DNA of 64,000 nt from Burkholderiales bacterium (GTDB taxonomy: Bacteria; Pseudomonadota; Gammaproteobacteria; Burkholderiales; SG8-39). Position 1 is the stretch's first letter. Each line of letters starts with the position of its first letter. The notes under the pieces are model-generated. The model searched no databases, was not told the DNA's origin, and saw nothing but the letters and a program-made list of their open reading frames with translations. Below, one piece after another: positions 17,878-28,827 of the stretch. Made by a program: the position numbers and the translations under genes. The stretch covers positions 2,576 through 66,575 of the forward strand of contig DATIWX010000125.1 in the NCBI GenBank assembly GCA_035519135.1. The letters run 5' to 3'.

Positions 17878-18082
17878 AGCGATCCGGATAGCGCTCGACA
17901 TGTAAGGCGGCCCCCGACCCGGGAGCCTTCCCGGAACGACTTCAGTCCGCGCGGGTTCCGGCCGTTATGGTTGTTTGCCGGCGGCCGCGCCTCTGCCTGC
18001 CGGGGCGAGCTTGGCCGCTCGGTTGACGCGCTCCAAAGCGAGGCATAACGTGAGGGCGTCCCGGGGGACACTGCTGTTCCGA

Positions 18083-21000
18083 ATGAGTCCGAAGCCCATC
18101 CGCAAGCTTCGCATCCAGCTGATGGCGGCCGTGGCCGTCATCCTGGCGATGGTGTGGGCGGCGGTCGCGCACCAGCTGGGCAAGGAGCGCGCCGACGCGC
18201 TGGAGACCGCCATTCAGCAGGGGGAAAACCTCGGCGGCGTCGTCGCCGGCCATTTCTCCGCGTACGCGGAAGCAATGGATCTCCTGCTGCGGCGCTTGAG
18301 GGTCCAGTGGATCCGGGACCCGCGCAGCCTGGCCGAGACACTGGCGCTCGAGAAGGAACTGCGCCGGGAAGCTTCGTCGGTGCGGGTCGCCGTGATCGAC
18401 GCCCAGGGTCGCCTCGCCTATGCCAGCCCGGACCGCGAGCACGCCTTCTTCGGCGATGCCGAGTATTTCGTCGCTCACCGCAGCAGGCCCGCCGACGAGC
18501 TGCGCATCAGCAACCCGGCATGGGACGACGCCTCCGGAAGGCCGCTGATCCATTTCACGCGCCCGATCCTCGACGGGCGAGGGCGATTCTCCGGCGTGCT
18601 GGTGCTGTCGACTTCGCTGGAAAGCCTGACGCGGGTGTACGAGGGGCTCCAGCTGGGGCCGAAGAGCCTGATAGCGATCAGGCGCCTCGACAACACCCTG
18701 CTGGTGCGCTGGCCCGAGAGCGCCGCGCAAGGCGGCCGGCTTCCCGACATCCCGCAGAGCGCCGCGGTCTCGGGCAGCGAGATCCGCCGCGGCGGAATCG
18801 ACGGGGTCGAGCGCATTTTCAGTTTTCAGCGTGTCGCCGGGTTTCCTTTCTACGCCGTGGTCGGGCAGGCGGTCGAGTCCGTGCTCGCGGACTACCGCAT
18901 CGAGCGCCGGCTCTATTTCGCGGCGGGCGGCTTCGTCTCGCTCGTGGTGCTGTGGTTCGGGCTGGCGCTGCTCTCCAAGCTCAAGCACGAGGAACGGGTG
19001 GAAACCGCTCTGGGCCTGAGCGAGGCGCGCTTTCGCAGCCTGACCGAGCTCGCCTCGGACCTGTACTGGGAGCAGGACAGCGAGTACCGCTTCGTCTCCG
19101 GTTCCGAAGGCGCCTACAGGGGCAAAGCCGGGGGACGCAGCGAAGCGGTCGGCAAGCGGCGCTGGGATTTCGATTACATCAACATGACCGAGGCGGACTG
19201 GGCGGCGCACCGCGCGGTGCTCGACGCACGCAAGCCGTTCCAGGACCTCGAGTTGTGCAGGCTCGACGACTCGGGCAGGAAGCTCTGGGTGAGCGTGAGC
19301 GGCACGCCGGTATTCGACGCCGCCGGCGTGTTTACGGGTTACCGGGGCATCGGCAAGAACATCACGGAGCGCAAGCGCGCCGAGCACCTGCAGGCGCTGG
19401 AGCATGCGGTGAGCCGCTCTCTCGCCGACGCCGACACCACCAGCGCCGCAGTGCAGGGCGCGGTGCGCGCGATCTGCGAATCCGAGGGATGGGAATGCGG
19501 CCGCTACTTCCGCTGGGAGGAGCGCGACGGGGTGCTGCGCTTCAGCGACGGCTGGGGCATTCCGGAGGAATCGGCCCAGCAATTCCTCGCCAGGTCGCGG
19601 GGGCTGTCCTACGCTCCGGGCGTCGGCCTGGCGGGCAAGGTCTGGCAGTCGCGCCAGCCCATCTGGGCAAGCGATGTCACCAAAGACGCGCGGGTCGTGC
19701 AGGGCGGGCTGGCGCGCGATATCGGAATGCGCGGCGCGTTCGTTTTTCCGGTGATCTCGGAAGGCAATGCGATCGGCGTGCTCGCCTTCACCAGCCGCCA
19801 GACGCGCGAGCCGGAAGGCCGCCTGATGCTGGCCATCAGCGTCATCGGCACCCACATCGGCCAATTCCTGCGGCGCAAGCAGGGAGAAGAAGACCTGCGC
19901 CGCTTCCGCGCCGCAATAGACGCGTCCGAGGACATGATCTGGCTCGTCGACCCGGTCTCCGTGAGCATCATCGACGTCAACGACACCGCCTGCCGCAAGC
20001 TGGGCTACACCAGGGAGGAGCTGCTGGCGAAATCTCCGCAGGACATCATCGGGATACCGCGCGAGGAACTGGCCGCGACCTACCGCCGGCTGATCGCGGG
20101 CGGGGAGGGCGACACGGTCGAGGGCTGGTACCAGCCGAAGGCCGGTCCCCGCTTCCCGGTCGAGGCCTACCGGCGCGCGATCCAGTCCAGCGGGAGGTAC
20201 GTGATCATCTCGGTGGTGCGCGACGTCACCGAGCGGCGCGCCGCCGAGGAGGAATTGCGGCGATTCCGTCTGGCGATGGACAACTCGGCCGACATGATCG
20301 TGCTCATCGACCGCGCGAGCATGCGCTTCGTGGACGTCAACGAGACGGCGTGCCGGCTGCTCGGCTATCCCAGGGAAGAGCTGCTCAAGATGGGTCCGCA
20401 GGACGTGCTTCCCATCTCGCGCAAAGAGCTCGAGCAGGACTACGACGCGCTGATCGCGCGCCCTCCCGGCGAAGTCGACATGGTCGCCAGCGGGATGAAG
20501 AGCCAGTACACCTGCAAGGACGGGAGCAAGCTGCCGTTCGAGTCGACGCGGCACGTGCTGCGCTCGGGGGACACGTACATCATCGCCGCGATCGCGCGCG
20601 ACATCCGCGCGCGTCTCGCCATCGAGGAGAAGGTGGCCTACCTGGCGCAATTCGACGCGCTCACCGGCCTGCCCAACCGCAACCTTTTCCAGGACCGCCT
20701 GGTGCAGGCGATGGCGCTCGCCAAGCGCAACGACTGGCCGATGGCGGTGCTGTTCATCGACCTGGATCGCTTCAAGCTGGTCAACGACACGCTGGGGCAC
20801 AGCGCCGGCGACAAGCTGCTCAAGGAGGCGGCGGAGCGCCTGCGAAGCTGCATCCGCAGCAGCGATACCGTCGGACGCCTCGGCGGGGACGAGTTCGCCG
20901 CGATCCTCTCGGAGCTCGCCAGGCCGGGCGACGCGGGGCTGGTTGCCCAGAAGTTCATCGAAGTCCTGAAGCACCCCTTCGATCTCGACGGCAAGGAGAC

Positions 21001-21982
21001 CTACGTCTCGGCGAGCGTCGGCATCACGCTGTACCCGGCCGACAGCGACAGCGCCGAGGCCCTGGTCATGAACGCCGACGCGGCGATGTACCGCGCCAAG
21101 GAGCAGGGGCGCAACAACTACCAGTACTTCACGCGCGACATGAACGAGCGCGCCCTGCGGCGCGTGCAGGTCGAGGCCGCCCTGCGGCGCGCGCTCGAGC
21201 GGAAGGAATTCCGGCTGGTCTACCAGCCCAAGGCCAACCTGGCCACCGGAAAGATCTCCGGGTTCGAAGGGCTGCTGCGCTGGCAGCACCCGGAGAGGGG
21301 GACGGTCGCGCCGAGCGAATTCATACCCGTGCTCGAGGAAACCGGGCTGATCGTGCCCGTCGGCGAATGGGTGCTCCACACCGCGTGCACGCAGATCAGG
21401 ACGTGGGAGAAGCTCGGGCTCAAGGTGCCGCCGGTCTCGGTGAACCTCTCGGCGCGGCAATTCGAGCAGAAGAACCTCAAGGATGCGGTACACCGGATCC
21501 TGGGCGAGACCGAAGTGGACCCCTCGCTCGTCGAATTCGAGATCACCGAGTCGCTGCTGATGAAAGATCCGGAGGGAACCGCCCGTACCCTGAGCAGCCT
21601 CAAGGAGTCGGGCGTCAGGCTGTCGATGGACGACTTCGGCACCGGATATTCGAGCCTGGGCTATCTGAAGCGCTTCCCGATCGACACGCTGAAGATCGAC
21701 CGCAGCTTCGTCCACGACATATCCACGGACGCCGACGGCGCGACACTCACCCGCGCCATCATCCACCTCGCGCAGAACCTCCGCCTCAAGGTCGTCGCCG
21801 AGGGCGTCGAGACCGAGGACCAGCTCGCCTTTCTGCGGGACAACGGCTGCGACGAGATGCAGGGCTACCTTTTTGCCAAGCCGACGGACGCCGAAGAGTG
21901 CGGACGCATGCTCCGGGAAGGGCGCAAGCTCGCGATCCCCCGCAACGGCGGCAAGAGCGGCGCGCAGCTCAGGCGCGCGTAG
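18083..21982 (+). CDS. Membrane sensor with periplasmic Cache-like domain, PAS, GAF, PAS, PAS, GGDEF and EAL domains (c-di-GMP turnover)
   Basis: The start was trimmed to the ATG at 18083 ('[25 protein letters not shown]'). Motifs include '[11 protein letters not shown]' (GGDEF), 'EFEITES' and '[10 protein letters not shown]' (EAL). Confidence 0.9.
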   Translation: MSPKPIRKLRIQLMAAVAVILAMVWAAVAHQLGKERADALETAIQQGENLGGVVAGHFSAYAEAMDLLLRRLRVQWIRDPRSLAETLALEKELRREASSVRVAVIDAQGRLAYASPDREHAFFGDAEYFVAHRSRPADELRISNPAWDDASGRPLIHFTRPILDGRGRFSGVLVLSTSLESLTRVYEGLQLGPKSLIAIRRLDNTLLVRWPESAAQGGRLPDIPQSAAVSGSEIRRGGIDGVERIFSFQRVAGFPFYAVVGQAVESVLADYRIERRLYFAAGGFVSLVVLWFGLALLSKLKHEERVETALGLSEARFRSLTELASDLYWEQDSEYRFVSGSEGAYRGKAGGRSEAVGKRRWDFDYINMTEADWAAHRAVLDARKPFQDLELCRLDDSGRKLWVSVSGTPVFDAAGVFTGYRGIGKNITERKRAEHLQALEHAVSRSLADADTTSAAVQGAVRAICESEGWECGRYFRWEERDGVLRFSDGWGIPEESAQQFLARSRGLSYAPGVGLAGKVWQSRQPIWASDVTKDARVVQGGLARDIGMRGAFVFPVISEGNAIGVLAFTSRQTREPEGRLMLAISVIGTHIGQFLRRKQGEEDLRRFRAAIDASEDMIWLVDPVSVSIIDVNDTACRKLGYTREELLAKSPQDIIGIPREELAATYRRLIAGGEGDTVEGWYQPKAGPRFPVEAYRRAIQSSGRYVIISVVRDVTERRAAEEELRRFRLAMDNSADMIVLIDRASMRFVDVNETACRLLGYPREELLKMGPQDVLPISRKELEQDYDALIARPPGEVDMVASGMKSQYTCKDGSKLPFESTRHVLRSGDTYIIAAIARDIRARLAIEEKVAYLAQFDALTGLPNRNLFQDRLVQAMALAKRNDWPMAVLFIDLDRFKLVNDTLGHSAGDKLLKEAAERLRSCIRSSDTVGRLGGDEFAAILSELARPGDAGLVAQKFIEVLKHPFDLDGKETYVSASVGITLYPADSDSAEALVMNADAAMYRAKEQGRNNYQYFTRDMNERALRRVQVEAALRRALERKEFRLVYQPKANLATGKISGFEGLLRWQHPERGTVAPSEFIPVLEETGLIVPVGEWVLHTACTQIRTWEKLGLKVPPVSVNLSARQFEQKNLKDAVHRILGETEVDPSLVEFEITESLLMKDPEGTARTLSSLKESGVRLSMDDFGTGYSSLGYLKRFPIDTLKIDRSFVHDISTDADGATLTRAIIHLAQNLRLKVVAEGVETEDQLAFLRDNGCDEMQGYLFAKPTDAEECGRMLREGRKLAIPRNGGKSGAQLRRA

Positions 21983-22010
21983 GTGGCCGAGAGGATCTCT
22001 ATCGTCAGCG

Positions 22011-23300
22011 CTACGGGTACAGTCCGCGCACGGCGTGGGCTTCCAGCACGCGCGTGCAGCCGATGACGTAGGCCGCGGTGCGAAGCGGGATCTTGCGCTC
22101 CAGGTGCAGGTCCCACACCGCGCGGAAGGCGTCGCCCAGGATGCGTTCGAGATTCGCGTTGACGTCGGACTCGCTCCAGAAGAAGCTCGAGAAGTCCTGC
22201 ACCCACTCGAAGTAGCTGACGGTCACGCCTCCGGCGTTGGCGACGACGTCGGGGACTACGGGAATGCCGCGGCGGCGCAGCACGTCGTCGGCCTCGGGCG
22301 TGGTCGGTCCGTTCGCGCCTTCGACGACGAGGCGGCAGGCGAGGGTCTCCGCGCGCGCCGCGGTGAGCTGGCCCTCGAGCGCCGCCGGCACGAGGATGTC
22401 GCAGGGCGTGCGCCAGAACGATTCCGCGTCGATGGTCCGCGCTCCCGGCGCGCCCGGCAGCGCTCCGCCGGCGTCGCGCCGGGCCTTCACCGCGGCGAGA
22501 TCCAGGCCCGCCTCGGAAGCGATCGATCCGGTGTGGTCCTGCAGCGCGACGATCTTCGCTCCCTGCGCCGCGAACAGCCGTGCCGCCGCCTCGCCGACGT
22601 TGCCGTATCCCTGGACGGCGACTTGCGCGCCGTCGATCACGGCTCCGAGCCGGCCCATGGCCTCGCGCGCGATCTTCACCACGCCGCGGCCGGTCGCGTC
22701 GCGCCGGCCCAGGCTTCCGCCCATCGAGACGGGCTTTCCCGTGACGACGCCGAGGACCGTGCTGCCCTGGCCCATGGAATAGGTATCCATGATCCACGCC
22801 ATCACCTGCTCGTCGGTGCCGACGTCGGGCGCGGGCACATCGCGGTCGGGACCGAGCAGCATCGCGATCTCGCTGGCGTAGCGCCGCGTGAGGCGCTCGA
22901 GCTCGGCGCGCGACAGCTTGTCGGGCGCGACCCGCACGCCGCCCTTCGCCCCTCCGTAGGGAAGATTCACCACCGCATTCTTCACCGTCATCCACGCGGC
23001 GAGCGCCATCACCTCGGGCAGCGACACGTCGGGGTGATAGCGCAGCCCGCCCTTGCCGGGTCCGCGCGAAAGATTGTGCTGCACGCGAAAACCCTCGAAG
23101 TGCGCGTATTCGCCCGAGTCGAGCCGTATCGGCACGTCGACGGCGAGGCAGCGCTTGGGCTGGCGCAGCGTGTCGACGTAGCGAAGCAGGCCCTTGGGCA
23201 GGAGCGGCGCCACCCGCTCGATCTGCGCGAGGTAGGTTTCCCAGGGACCGGATCCGGCGGCGCGGGCGTAGGAGGGCTGAACGGGGGACGGGGAATCCAA
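22011..23300 (-). CDS. gdhA: Glu/Leu/Phe/Val-family dehydrogenase, most likely glutamate dehydrogenase
   Basis: 429 aa. It has the catalytic-Lys motif '[12 protein letters not shown]' and the Rossmann motif '[10 protein letters not shown]'. Confidence 0.9.
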   Translation of the reverse strand: MDSPSPVQPSYARAAGSGPWETYLAQIERVAPLLPKGLLRYVDTLRQPKRCLAVDVPIRLDSGEYAHFEGFRVQHNLSRGPGKGGLRYHPDVSLPEVMALAAWMTVKNAVVNLPYGGAKGGVRVAPDKLSRAELERLTRRYASEIAMLLGPDRDVPAPDVGTDEQVMAWIMDTYSMGQGSTVLGVVTGKPVSMGGSLGRRDATGRGVVKIAREAMGRLGAVIDGAQVAVQGYGNVGEAAARLFAAQGAKIVALQDHTGSIASEAGLDLAAVKARRDAGGALPGAPGARTIDAESFWRTPCDILVPAALEGQLTAARAETLACRLVVEGANGPTTPEADDVLRRRGIPVVPDVVANAGGVTVSYFEWVQDFSSFFWSESDVNANLERILGDAFRAVWDLHLERKIPLRTAAYVIGCTRVLEAHAVRGLYP

Positions 23301-23378
23301 GGCTGGCTCCGTGCATCGCGTGAACTCGCGCCAAAGCTTATACGATAATGGGCTTTCGAATCTCTTATCGAGGACGTC

Positions 23379-23951
23379 ATGACGGGAACGCAGGAGCGGC
23401 GCTTCAGGCCGCTCGCCGAAAGCGAGATGAGCGAGGCGCAGCGCAAAGTATACGGGGAGATCGCTTCAGGGCCGCGCGGCGGCGTGCGCGGCCCCTTCAA
23501 CGCGCTGCTGCGCAGCCCCGAGCTCGCCGACCGGGCGCAGAAGCTGGGCGAATGGGTGCGCTTCAACAGCTCGCTGCCGGAGCGGCTCAAGGAGTTCGCG
23601 ATTCTCGTCACCGCCCGCCACTGGAGCGCGCAGTACGAATGGCACGCACATCATGCGCACGCGCTCAAGGCAGGTCTGGACCCGCGGCTCGCGGCCGAGC
23701 TCGCTCTGGGGCGGCGTCCGGCGGGAATGGCCGAGGACGAAGCGGCGATACACGACTTCTGCAGGGAGCTGCACGAGAAGAAAGCGGTGAGCGACGACAA
23801 CTACGCTCGGGTCGTGAAGCACTTCGGCGAGCGCGGCGCCGTGGACCTCATCGGGACGGTCGGGTACTACACCCTGGTCTCGATGGTGCTCAACGTCGAC
23901 CGGGTACCGATCCCCGGCGGAGCGCCCGCACCCCTTGCTCCGCTCGGGTGA
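23379..23951 (+). CDS. Carboxymuconolactone decarboxylase (CMD/AhpD-like) family protein
   Basis: 190 aa. '[25 protein letters not shown]' is typical of the CMD family. Confidence 0.85.
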   Translation: MTGTQERRFRPLAESEMSEAQRKVYGEIASGPRGGVRGPFNALLRSPELADRAQKLGEWVRFNSSLPERLKEFAILVTARHWSAQYEWHAHHAHALKAGLDPRLAAELALGRRPAGMAEDEAAIHDFCRELHEKKAVSDDNYARVVKHFGERGAVDLIGTVGYYTLVSMVLNVDRVPIPGGAPAPLAPLG

Positions 23952-23955
23952 AGCG

Positions 23956-25080
23956 ATGAGCGAATCGGACGCAGTCGGCCTGACGCAGACGCTGCTGCGC
24001 TTCGACACCGTCAACCCGCCGGGCCGCGAGCGCGAGTGCGCGCGCCACGCCGGAGCGCTGCTCGAGCGATGGGGGTTTCGCGTCGACTATCACGAGTACG
24101 CCGAGGCGCGCACCAGCGTGGTCGCGCGCGCCGGCGGGTCCGATGCGAAGCCGCCGCTGTGCCTCACCGGGCATATCGACACCGTGGCGCTGGGCACCGC
24201 GGCGTGGACGCGCGACCCCTTCGCCGGAGAGACCGACGGCGACCGCCTCTACGGCCGCGGCTCCTCGGACATGAAGGCCGGGGTGGCCGCGATCCTGCTC
24301 GCGGCGCGCGGTCTGGCGAGGAAGCTGCCGGGAACGCCCGGCGTCGTTTTGGTGCTCACCGCCGCGGAGGAGGGCGGCTGCGTCGGCTCGCAGCACCTGT
24401 TGCGCACGCCGCTCCTCGGCAAGGCGGGCGCCGTGGTCGTCGGCGAGCCGACCTCGAACTACCCGCTGGTGGGCCACAAGGGCTCGCTCAAGTTCCATGC
24501 GAAGTTCCGCGGCGTCTCGGCGCACGGCTCGATGCCCGAGCTGGGCGTGAACGCCATCTACAAGGCGGCCAAGGCGGTCGCCAGGCTCGAGGGCTTCGAT
24601 TTCGGGGTGAAGCCGCACCCCGTGATGGGCGGTCCGACCATGAATGTCGGCACCATCGAAGGCGGCCAGGGCGTTAACATGGTGCCGGACGAAGCGCGCA
24701 TCGGCGTGGACATCCGGACCGTCGCAGGGATGGATCACGCGGCGCTTCTCTCACGGTTGAGAGACCTTCTCGGAAACGAAGCGGAGGTGGACGTGTTCTC
24801 CGACATGAACGCGGTCTGGACCGAGCCCGAGGCTGAGTGGATTCAGCGCGTGTTCGACATCTGCGCGCACCACCTCGGCGCGCGGCCCGCGGCGAAGACC
24901 GCGACCTACAACACCGACGCCGGCAATCTCCTCAAGGCCTATGCCGGCGCGCCGACTGTGGTGCTCGGGCCGGGAGAGGCGCGGCTCGCGCACCAGACCG
25001 ACGAGTACTGCAGCATGGAGCGCATCCGGCAGTCGGTCGCGATCTACGAAGCGATCATCCGCGACTGGTGCGGAATATGA
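23956..25080 (+). CDS. M20-family metallopeptidase / deacylase (ArgE/DapE-like)
   Basis: The start was trimmed to the ATG at 23956. Motifs include 'LTGHIDTV', 'LYGRGSSDMKAG' and 'EEGG'. Confidence 0.88.
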   Translation: MSESDAVGLTQTLLRFDTVNPPGRERECARHAGALLERWGFRVDYHEYAEARTSVVARAGGSDAKPPLCLTGHIDTVALGTAAWTRDPFAGETDGDRLYGRGSSDMKAGVAAILLAARGLARKLPGTPGVVLVLTAAEEGGCVGSQHLLRTPLLGKAGAVVVGEPTSNYPLVGHKGSLKFHAKFRGVSAHGSMPELGVNAIYKAAKAVARLEGFDFGVKPHPVMGGPTMNVGTIEGGQGVNMVPDEARIGVDIRTVAGMDHAALLSRLRDLLGNEAEVDVFSDMNAVWTEPEAEWIQRVFDICAHHLGARPAAKTATYNTDAGNLLKAYAGAPTVVLGPGEARLAHQTDEYCSMERIRQSVAIYEAIIRDWCGI

Positions 25081-26018
25081 AACGCGCGCTCGTCACCCTG
25101 CTTCTGGCTGTCGCCGCGAACTCGGCGTCCGCGCAGGCCGTCACCCGCATCATCGTCCCGTTCGCCGCGGGCGGCGTGCAGGATATTCTCGCGCGCGCGA
25201 TCAGCTCGGAGCTGGGGACGGCGATCGGGCGCAGCGTGATCGTCGAGAACCGTCCGGGCGCGGGGGGTACCATCGGCACGGCGCTGGTCGCCAAAGCGCC
25301 GCCCGACGGGCACACGCTGGTGCTCGCGGCTGCGAGCCACACCATCAACGGCTCGCTGCACGCGAAGCTTCCCTACGACCCGATCCGCGACTTCAGCGGC
25401 GTGGCGCACATCGGCACGGTGGAGTACGTTCTCATGATCAACCCGCGGATTCCGGCGAAGACGGTCGGCGAATTCGTCGCCTACGCCCGCGCCAATCCGG
25501 GCAAGCTCAACTACGCTACCGCGGGCAGCGGCACCGCCACGCACCTGTCCATGGCCTACTTCGCCGCGCTCGCCGGCATCGACATGGCCCACATCCCGTT
25601 CAAGGGCACCAACGAGGCCGTGAACGAGGTTCTGGCCGGCCGCGCCGACGCGGTGATCGCGGCCAACATCGGGGCGCTGGCCTTCGTCAAGGACCCGCGC
25701 ATCCGAATGCTCGGGGTTACCTCGGCGAAGCGCTCGAAGTTCCTGCCCGAGCTGCCGACGATCGCCGACGGCGTGCCCGGGTACGAGTTCGATTCCTGGC
25801 TGGGCCTGCTGGGGCCGGCCGGAATGCCCAGAGGGACCGTCGATCAGCTCAACCTTGCGGTCGCCGCCCTCCTGCGGGACGCGGTGATCCTCGAGCGCCT
25901 GGCGAAGCAGGGCATCGAGCCCCAGGCGCTGAGCCCGGAGGCCTTCGATGCGCTGCTGCGCGCCGATTTCGACAAGATGGCGCGCGTCGTCAAGGCTTCC
26001 GGCGCGCGGGTCGAATAG
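25077..26018 (+). CDS. Bug/TctC-family substrate-binding protein
   Basis: The ATG at 25077 overlaps the M20 stop (ATGA). It has a signal peptide 'MKRALVTLLLAVAANSASA' and 'RIIVPFAAGGVQD'. Confidence 0.88.
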   Translation: MKRALVTLLLAVAANSASAQAVTRIIVPFAAGGVQDILARAISSELGTAIGRSVIVENRPGAGGTIGTALVAKAPPDGHTLVLAAASHTINGSLHAKLPYDPIRDFSGVAHIGTVEYVLMINPRIPAKTVGEFVAYARANPGKLNYATAGSGTATHLSMAYFAALAGIDMAHIPFKGTNEAVNEVLAGRADAVIAANIGALAFVKDPRIRMLGVTSAKRSKFLPELPTIADGVPGYEFDSWLGLLGPAGMPRGTVDQLNLAVAALLRDAVILERLAKQGIEPQALSPEAFDALLRADFDKMARVVKASGARVE

Positions 26019-26031
26019 CCTAGAATCGAGA

Positions 26032-27015
26032 ATGTCCCAGGAGAATCTCATGCTCCGCTTCCTCACCGCGACGCTCGCGGCGGCCGCATGCCTGCTGCCG
26101 CAGGCCGCGCCGGCGCAGGACTATCCCGCGCGCGAAATCCGCTCGCTGTGCAACTACGCGCCGGGCTCGGGAGCCGACATCATCGTGCGCTTCTATAGCG
26201 ACCGGCTCTCCAAGCTCGCCGGCAAGGCGGTGATCGTGGAGAACCGGGTCGGCGCGAACGGCGCGCTTGCCACCGACGCGCTCGCGAAGTCGAAGCCCGA
26301 CGGCTACACCATCCTGATCACTCCGGCGAGCGCAACCATCGTGTCCGCGCCCTACATGTTCAAGAGCCTGCCCTTCGATTCCGCGAAGGATTTTGCGGCG
26401 GTGACGACGATCGCCTCGCTGTCGTTCGTGATCCTGGTCGACGCGGGCGGACCGATCAGGTCGATTCCAGATCTGGTCGCGCACCTTAGGGCGAAGCCCG
26501 GGGAGAGCTTCTACGGCGCGACCAGCAACACCGGGGTGATCGCGGCGGAACTCTTCAAGACTGCGGCCGGCGTGAAGACGACCTACGTTCCGTACAAGCA
26601 GAACGTCCAGGCGCTCACCGATCTCCTGATCGGGCAGCTCGACTTCATCTCCTTCGACGCGACCTGGGCGCTGGGCCAGGCCAAGGCGGGGAAGCTGCGC
26701 ATTCTCGCGGCGACGGCCGCGAAGCGTTCGACGGCGCTGCCCGACGTGCCGACGCTCGCCGAGCTCGGCTTCGGCGGCAACGACGTCTCGCCCTGGTGGG
26801 GTGTCGTCGTCGCCGCGGGCACGCCCAGGCCGGTCGTGGACAAGCTGGCCGGCTGGTTCAATCAGATCACCAGCGCGGAAGACACCAGGCAATTTCTCGC
26901 CAATTCGGCGTTCGACCCGTTCCCGGGGTCCCCCGAGCAGATGCAGTCGCTCATGAAGAGCGACGCGCAACGCTGGAAGCATTACGTCGAGCTGGCGAAG
27001 ATCGAGCCGCAGTAG
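26032..27015 (+). CDS. Bug/TctC-family substrate-binding protein
   Basis: The start was trimmed to the ATG at 26032. It has a signal peptide and 'YPAREIRSLCNYAPGSGAD'. Confidence 0.88.
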   Translation: MSQENLMLRFLTATLAAAACLLPQAAPAQDYPAREIRSLCNYAPGSGADIIVRFYSDRLSKLAGKAVIVENRVGANGALATDALAKSKPDGYTILITPASATIVSAPYMFKSLPFDSAKDFAAVTTIASLSFVILVDAGGPIRSIPDLVAHLRAKPGESFYGATSNTGVIAAELFKTAAGVKTTYVPYKQNVQALTDLLIGQLDFISFDATWALGQAKAGKLRILAATAAKRSTALPDVPTLAELGFGGNDVSPWWGVVVAAGTPRPVVDKLAGWFNQITSAEDTRQFLANSAFDPFPGSPEQMQSLMKSDAQRWKHYVELAKIEPQ

Positions 27016-27026
27016 GAGGTGCGCAC

Positions 27027-27749
27027 ATGAAAGCCCAAGCTCTCACATCCGACCAGCGCGCCGACGCGCTCGAGGAAAGCCTGATGAAGCAGACGCACAA
27101 ACCGGCCGTGCGGCGCGGCACGGGCGTGTTGTTCGGCGGCCTCACGCCGAGCGGTGCGCCCATCGAGATCAAGCCGCTCGCGCCGATGCCGCCCAAGCCC
27201 ACGCTTGCCGACTTCTTCCGGCTGCGCTTCATGCCGCACACCGTGACGCACATGCTGCAGAGCGCGACCGATGCTCTCAAGAAAGGCGAGCCCGAGGACA
27301 TCGTGCTCGCCTGCCTGCTGCACGACATCGCCATCAACCTGCTCAAGGTCGACCACGGCTACTGGGCGGCGCAGATGCTCGAGCCCTACGTTTCGGAGAA
27401 GATCAGCTGGGCGATCCGCCACCACCAGGCGCTGCGCTTCTTCGCCGACCCGGAAGCCGGGTACGAGTATCCGCAGCGCTACGTGCAGATCTTCGGCGAG
27501 GGCTACCGGCCCGAGCCCTACATCCGCGCGGCATACGAGCAGGCGCGCAAGCACAAGTGGTACATGGAAGCGCGCATGATCACCGTGCACGACCTGTACG
27601 CCTTCGATCCGGACATGAAGGTGAGCATCGATCCTTTCGTCGACATCATCGGGCGGCGCTTCAGGCAGCCGAAGGAGGGGCTGGGGTTCGACGGCAGCCC
27701 GGTCGCGCACATGTGGCGCTCGCTGATCTACCCGGACAACCCGCTCTGA
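27027..27749 (+). CDS. HD-domain protein resembling myo-inositol-oxygenase (MIOX)-type diiron oxygenases
   Basis: 240 aa with an AGGAGG SD site 8 nt upstream. The ordered motifs are 'THMLQSA', 'CLLHDIA', 'VDHGYW', 'AIRHHQALRF' and 'VHDLYAFD'. By eye these parallel the MIOX ligand motifs (HAFQTA / LLHDLGK / GHDEYMY / IRFHSFYPWH / FDLYTK). Confidence 0.7.
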   Translation: MKAQALTSDQRADALEESLMKQTHKPAVRRGTGVLFGGLTPSGAPIEIKPLAPMPPKPTLADFFRLRFMPHTVTHMLQSATDALKKGEPEDIVLACLLHDIAINLLKVDHGYWAAQMLEPYVSEKISWAIRHHQALRFFADPEAGYEYPQRYVQIFGEGYRPEPYIRAAYEQARKHKWYMEARMITVHDLYAFDPDMKVSIDPFVDIIGRRFRQPKEGLGFDGSPVAHMWRSLIYPDNPL

Positions 27750-28760
27750 CTACTCGGGCTCAAGCCCGATCGCTTTCACCAGCTTCCCCACGGCGTCGAT
27801 CTCGCGGCGCAGGTGCGCATCTAGCTCCTCCGGCGTGCTCGCCAGCGTGGCGAGGCCCAGGTCGTTGAGCTTGACCTGAACGTCCGGCGCCTTGAGTGCT
27901 GCGCGCACTTCTTCGCTCAGGCGTCTGGCGATCGGAGCGGGAAGGCCCGCCGGGCCGAAGAACGCCCACCACGCCGGAAAGCCCTGGAAGCCCGGCACGA
28001 TCTCTGCCACCGTCGGCAGCTCGGGCAGGCGCTCGGAGCGCCGGGTGTCGACGATCGCGAGGGGTTTCACCTTGTTCACCATGTTGGGCGCGAGGAAGGC
28101 GTAGGTCGGGAACCACAGCGCGACGCGTCCGCTCGCCCAGTCGTTGATCATCTGCGAGAAGTTGGCCTGCGCGTAGGGCACGTGCAGCAGGTCGATGCCG
28201 GCGTAGAGCTTGAGCGACTCCCCGGTCAGGTGGAACACCGAGCCCACTCCGGTGGAAGCGTATTCGAGCTTCCCGGGATTGCGCTTCGCGTAGTCGATCA
28301 ACTCCGCGAGGGAATTCACCGGGACCGAGGCGTTGACCACGACATAGCTCGGCGAGCTGACCGCGAGGCTGACCGGCGCGAAGTCCTTGAGCACGTCGAA
28401 GGCGAGGTTCTTGTAGAGGAAGCGCGCGTTGACGTAGGTCCCGGAGGTCCCGTAGGTGAGGGTATAGCCGTCGGGACCGGCCTTGGCGAGCGCCTGCGCC
28501 GCCTGCGCCCCGCGCGCCGCGGTCTTCAGCTCGACCACCACCGGCTGGCCGAGGCTCGCGGTCATCTTCGCGGCCATCAGCCGCAGCGCCGCGTCGCCGC
28601 TCGATCCCGGCGATGCGGTGCTCACCACGAGTATCGGCTTCGACGGATACGTTTGAGGTCGGGTCGACGTCGCGGTGAGGAAGAGCGCCGCGGCGACCGC
28701 CCAGACTGCAGCGTGCCGGTAGAGACCCCTCGCTTCGCTCGGGATGACGGACCGTGTCAT
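27750..28760 (-). CDS. Bug/TctC-family substrate-binding protein
   Basis: The start was trimmed to the ATG at 28760. It has a signal peptide and 'YPSKPILVVSTASPGSSGD'. Its stop codon abuts the convergent MIOX-like stop with no spacer. Confidence 0.88.
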   Translation of the reverse strand: MTRSVIPSEARGLYRHAAVWAVAAALFLTATSTRPQTYPSKPILVVSTASPGSSGDAALRLMAAKMTASLGQPVVVELKTAARGAQAAQALAKAGPDGYTLTYGTSGTYVNARFLYKNLAFDVLKDFAPVSLAVSSPSYVVVNASVPVNSLAELIDYAKRNPGKLEYASTGVGSVFHLTGESLKLYAGIDLLHVPYAQANFSQMINDWASGRVALWFPTYAFLAPNMVNKVKPLAIVDTRRSERLPELPTVAEIVPGFQGFPAWWAFFGPAGLPAPIARRLSEEVRAALKAPDVQVKLNDLGLATLASTPEELDAHLRREIDAVGKLVKAIGLEPE

Positions 28761-28827
28761 TTGTCGCCCGCGATCGCAGACATTGTCATTCCGAAAGCGC
28801 AAGCCCGAGGAATCTCAGTACGCACAA

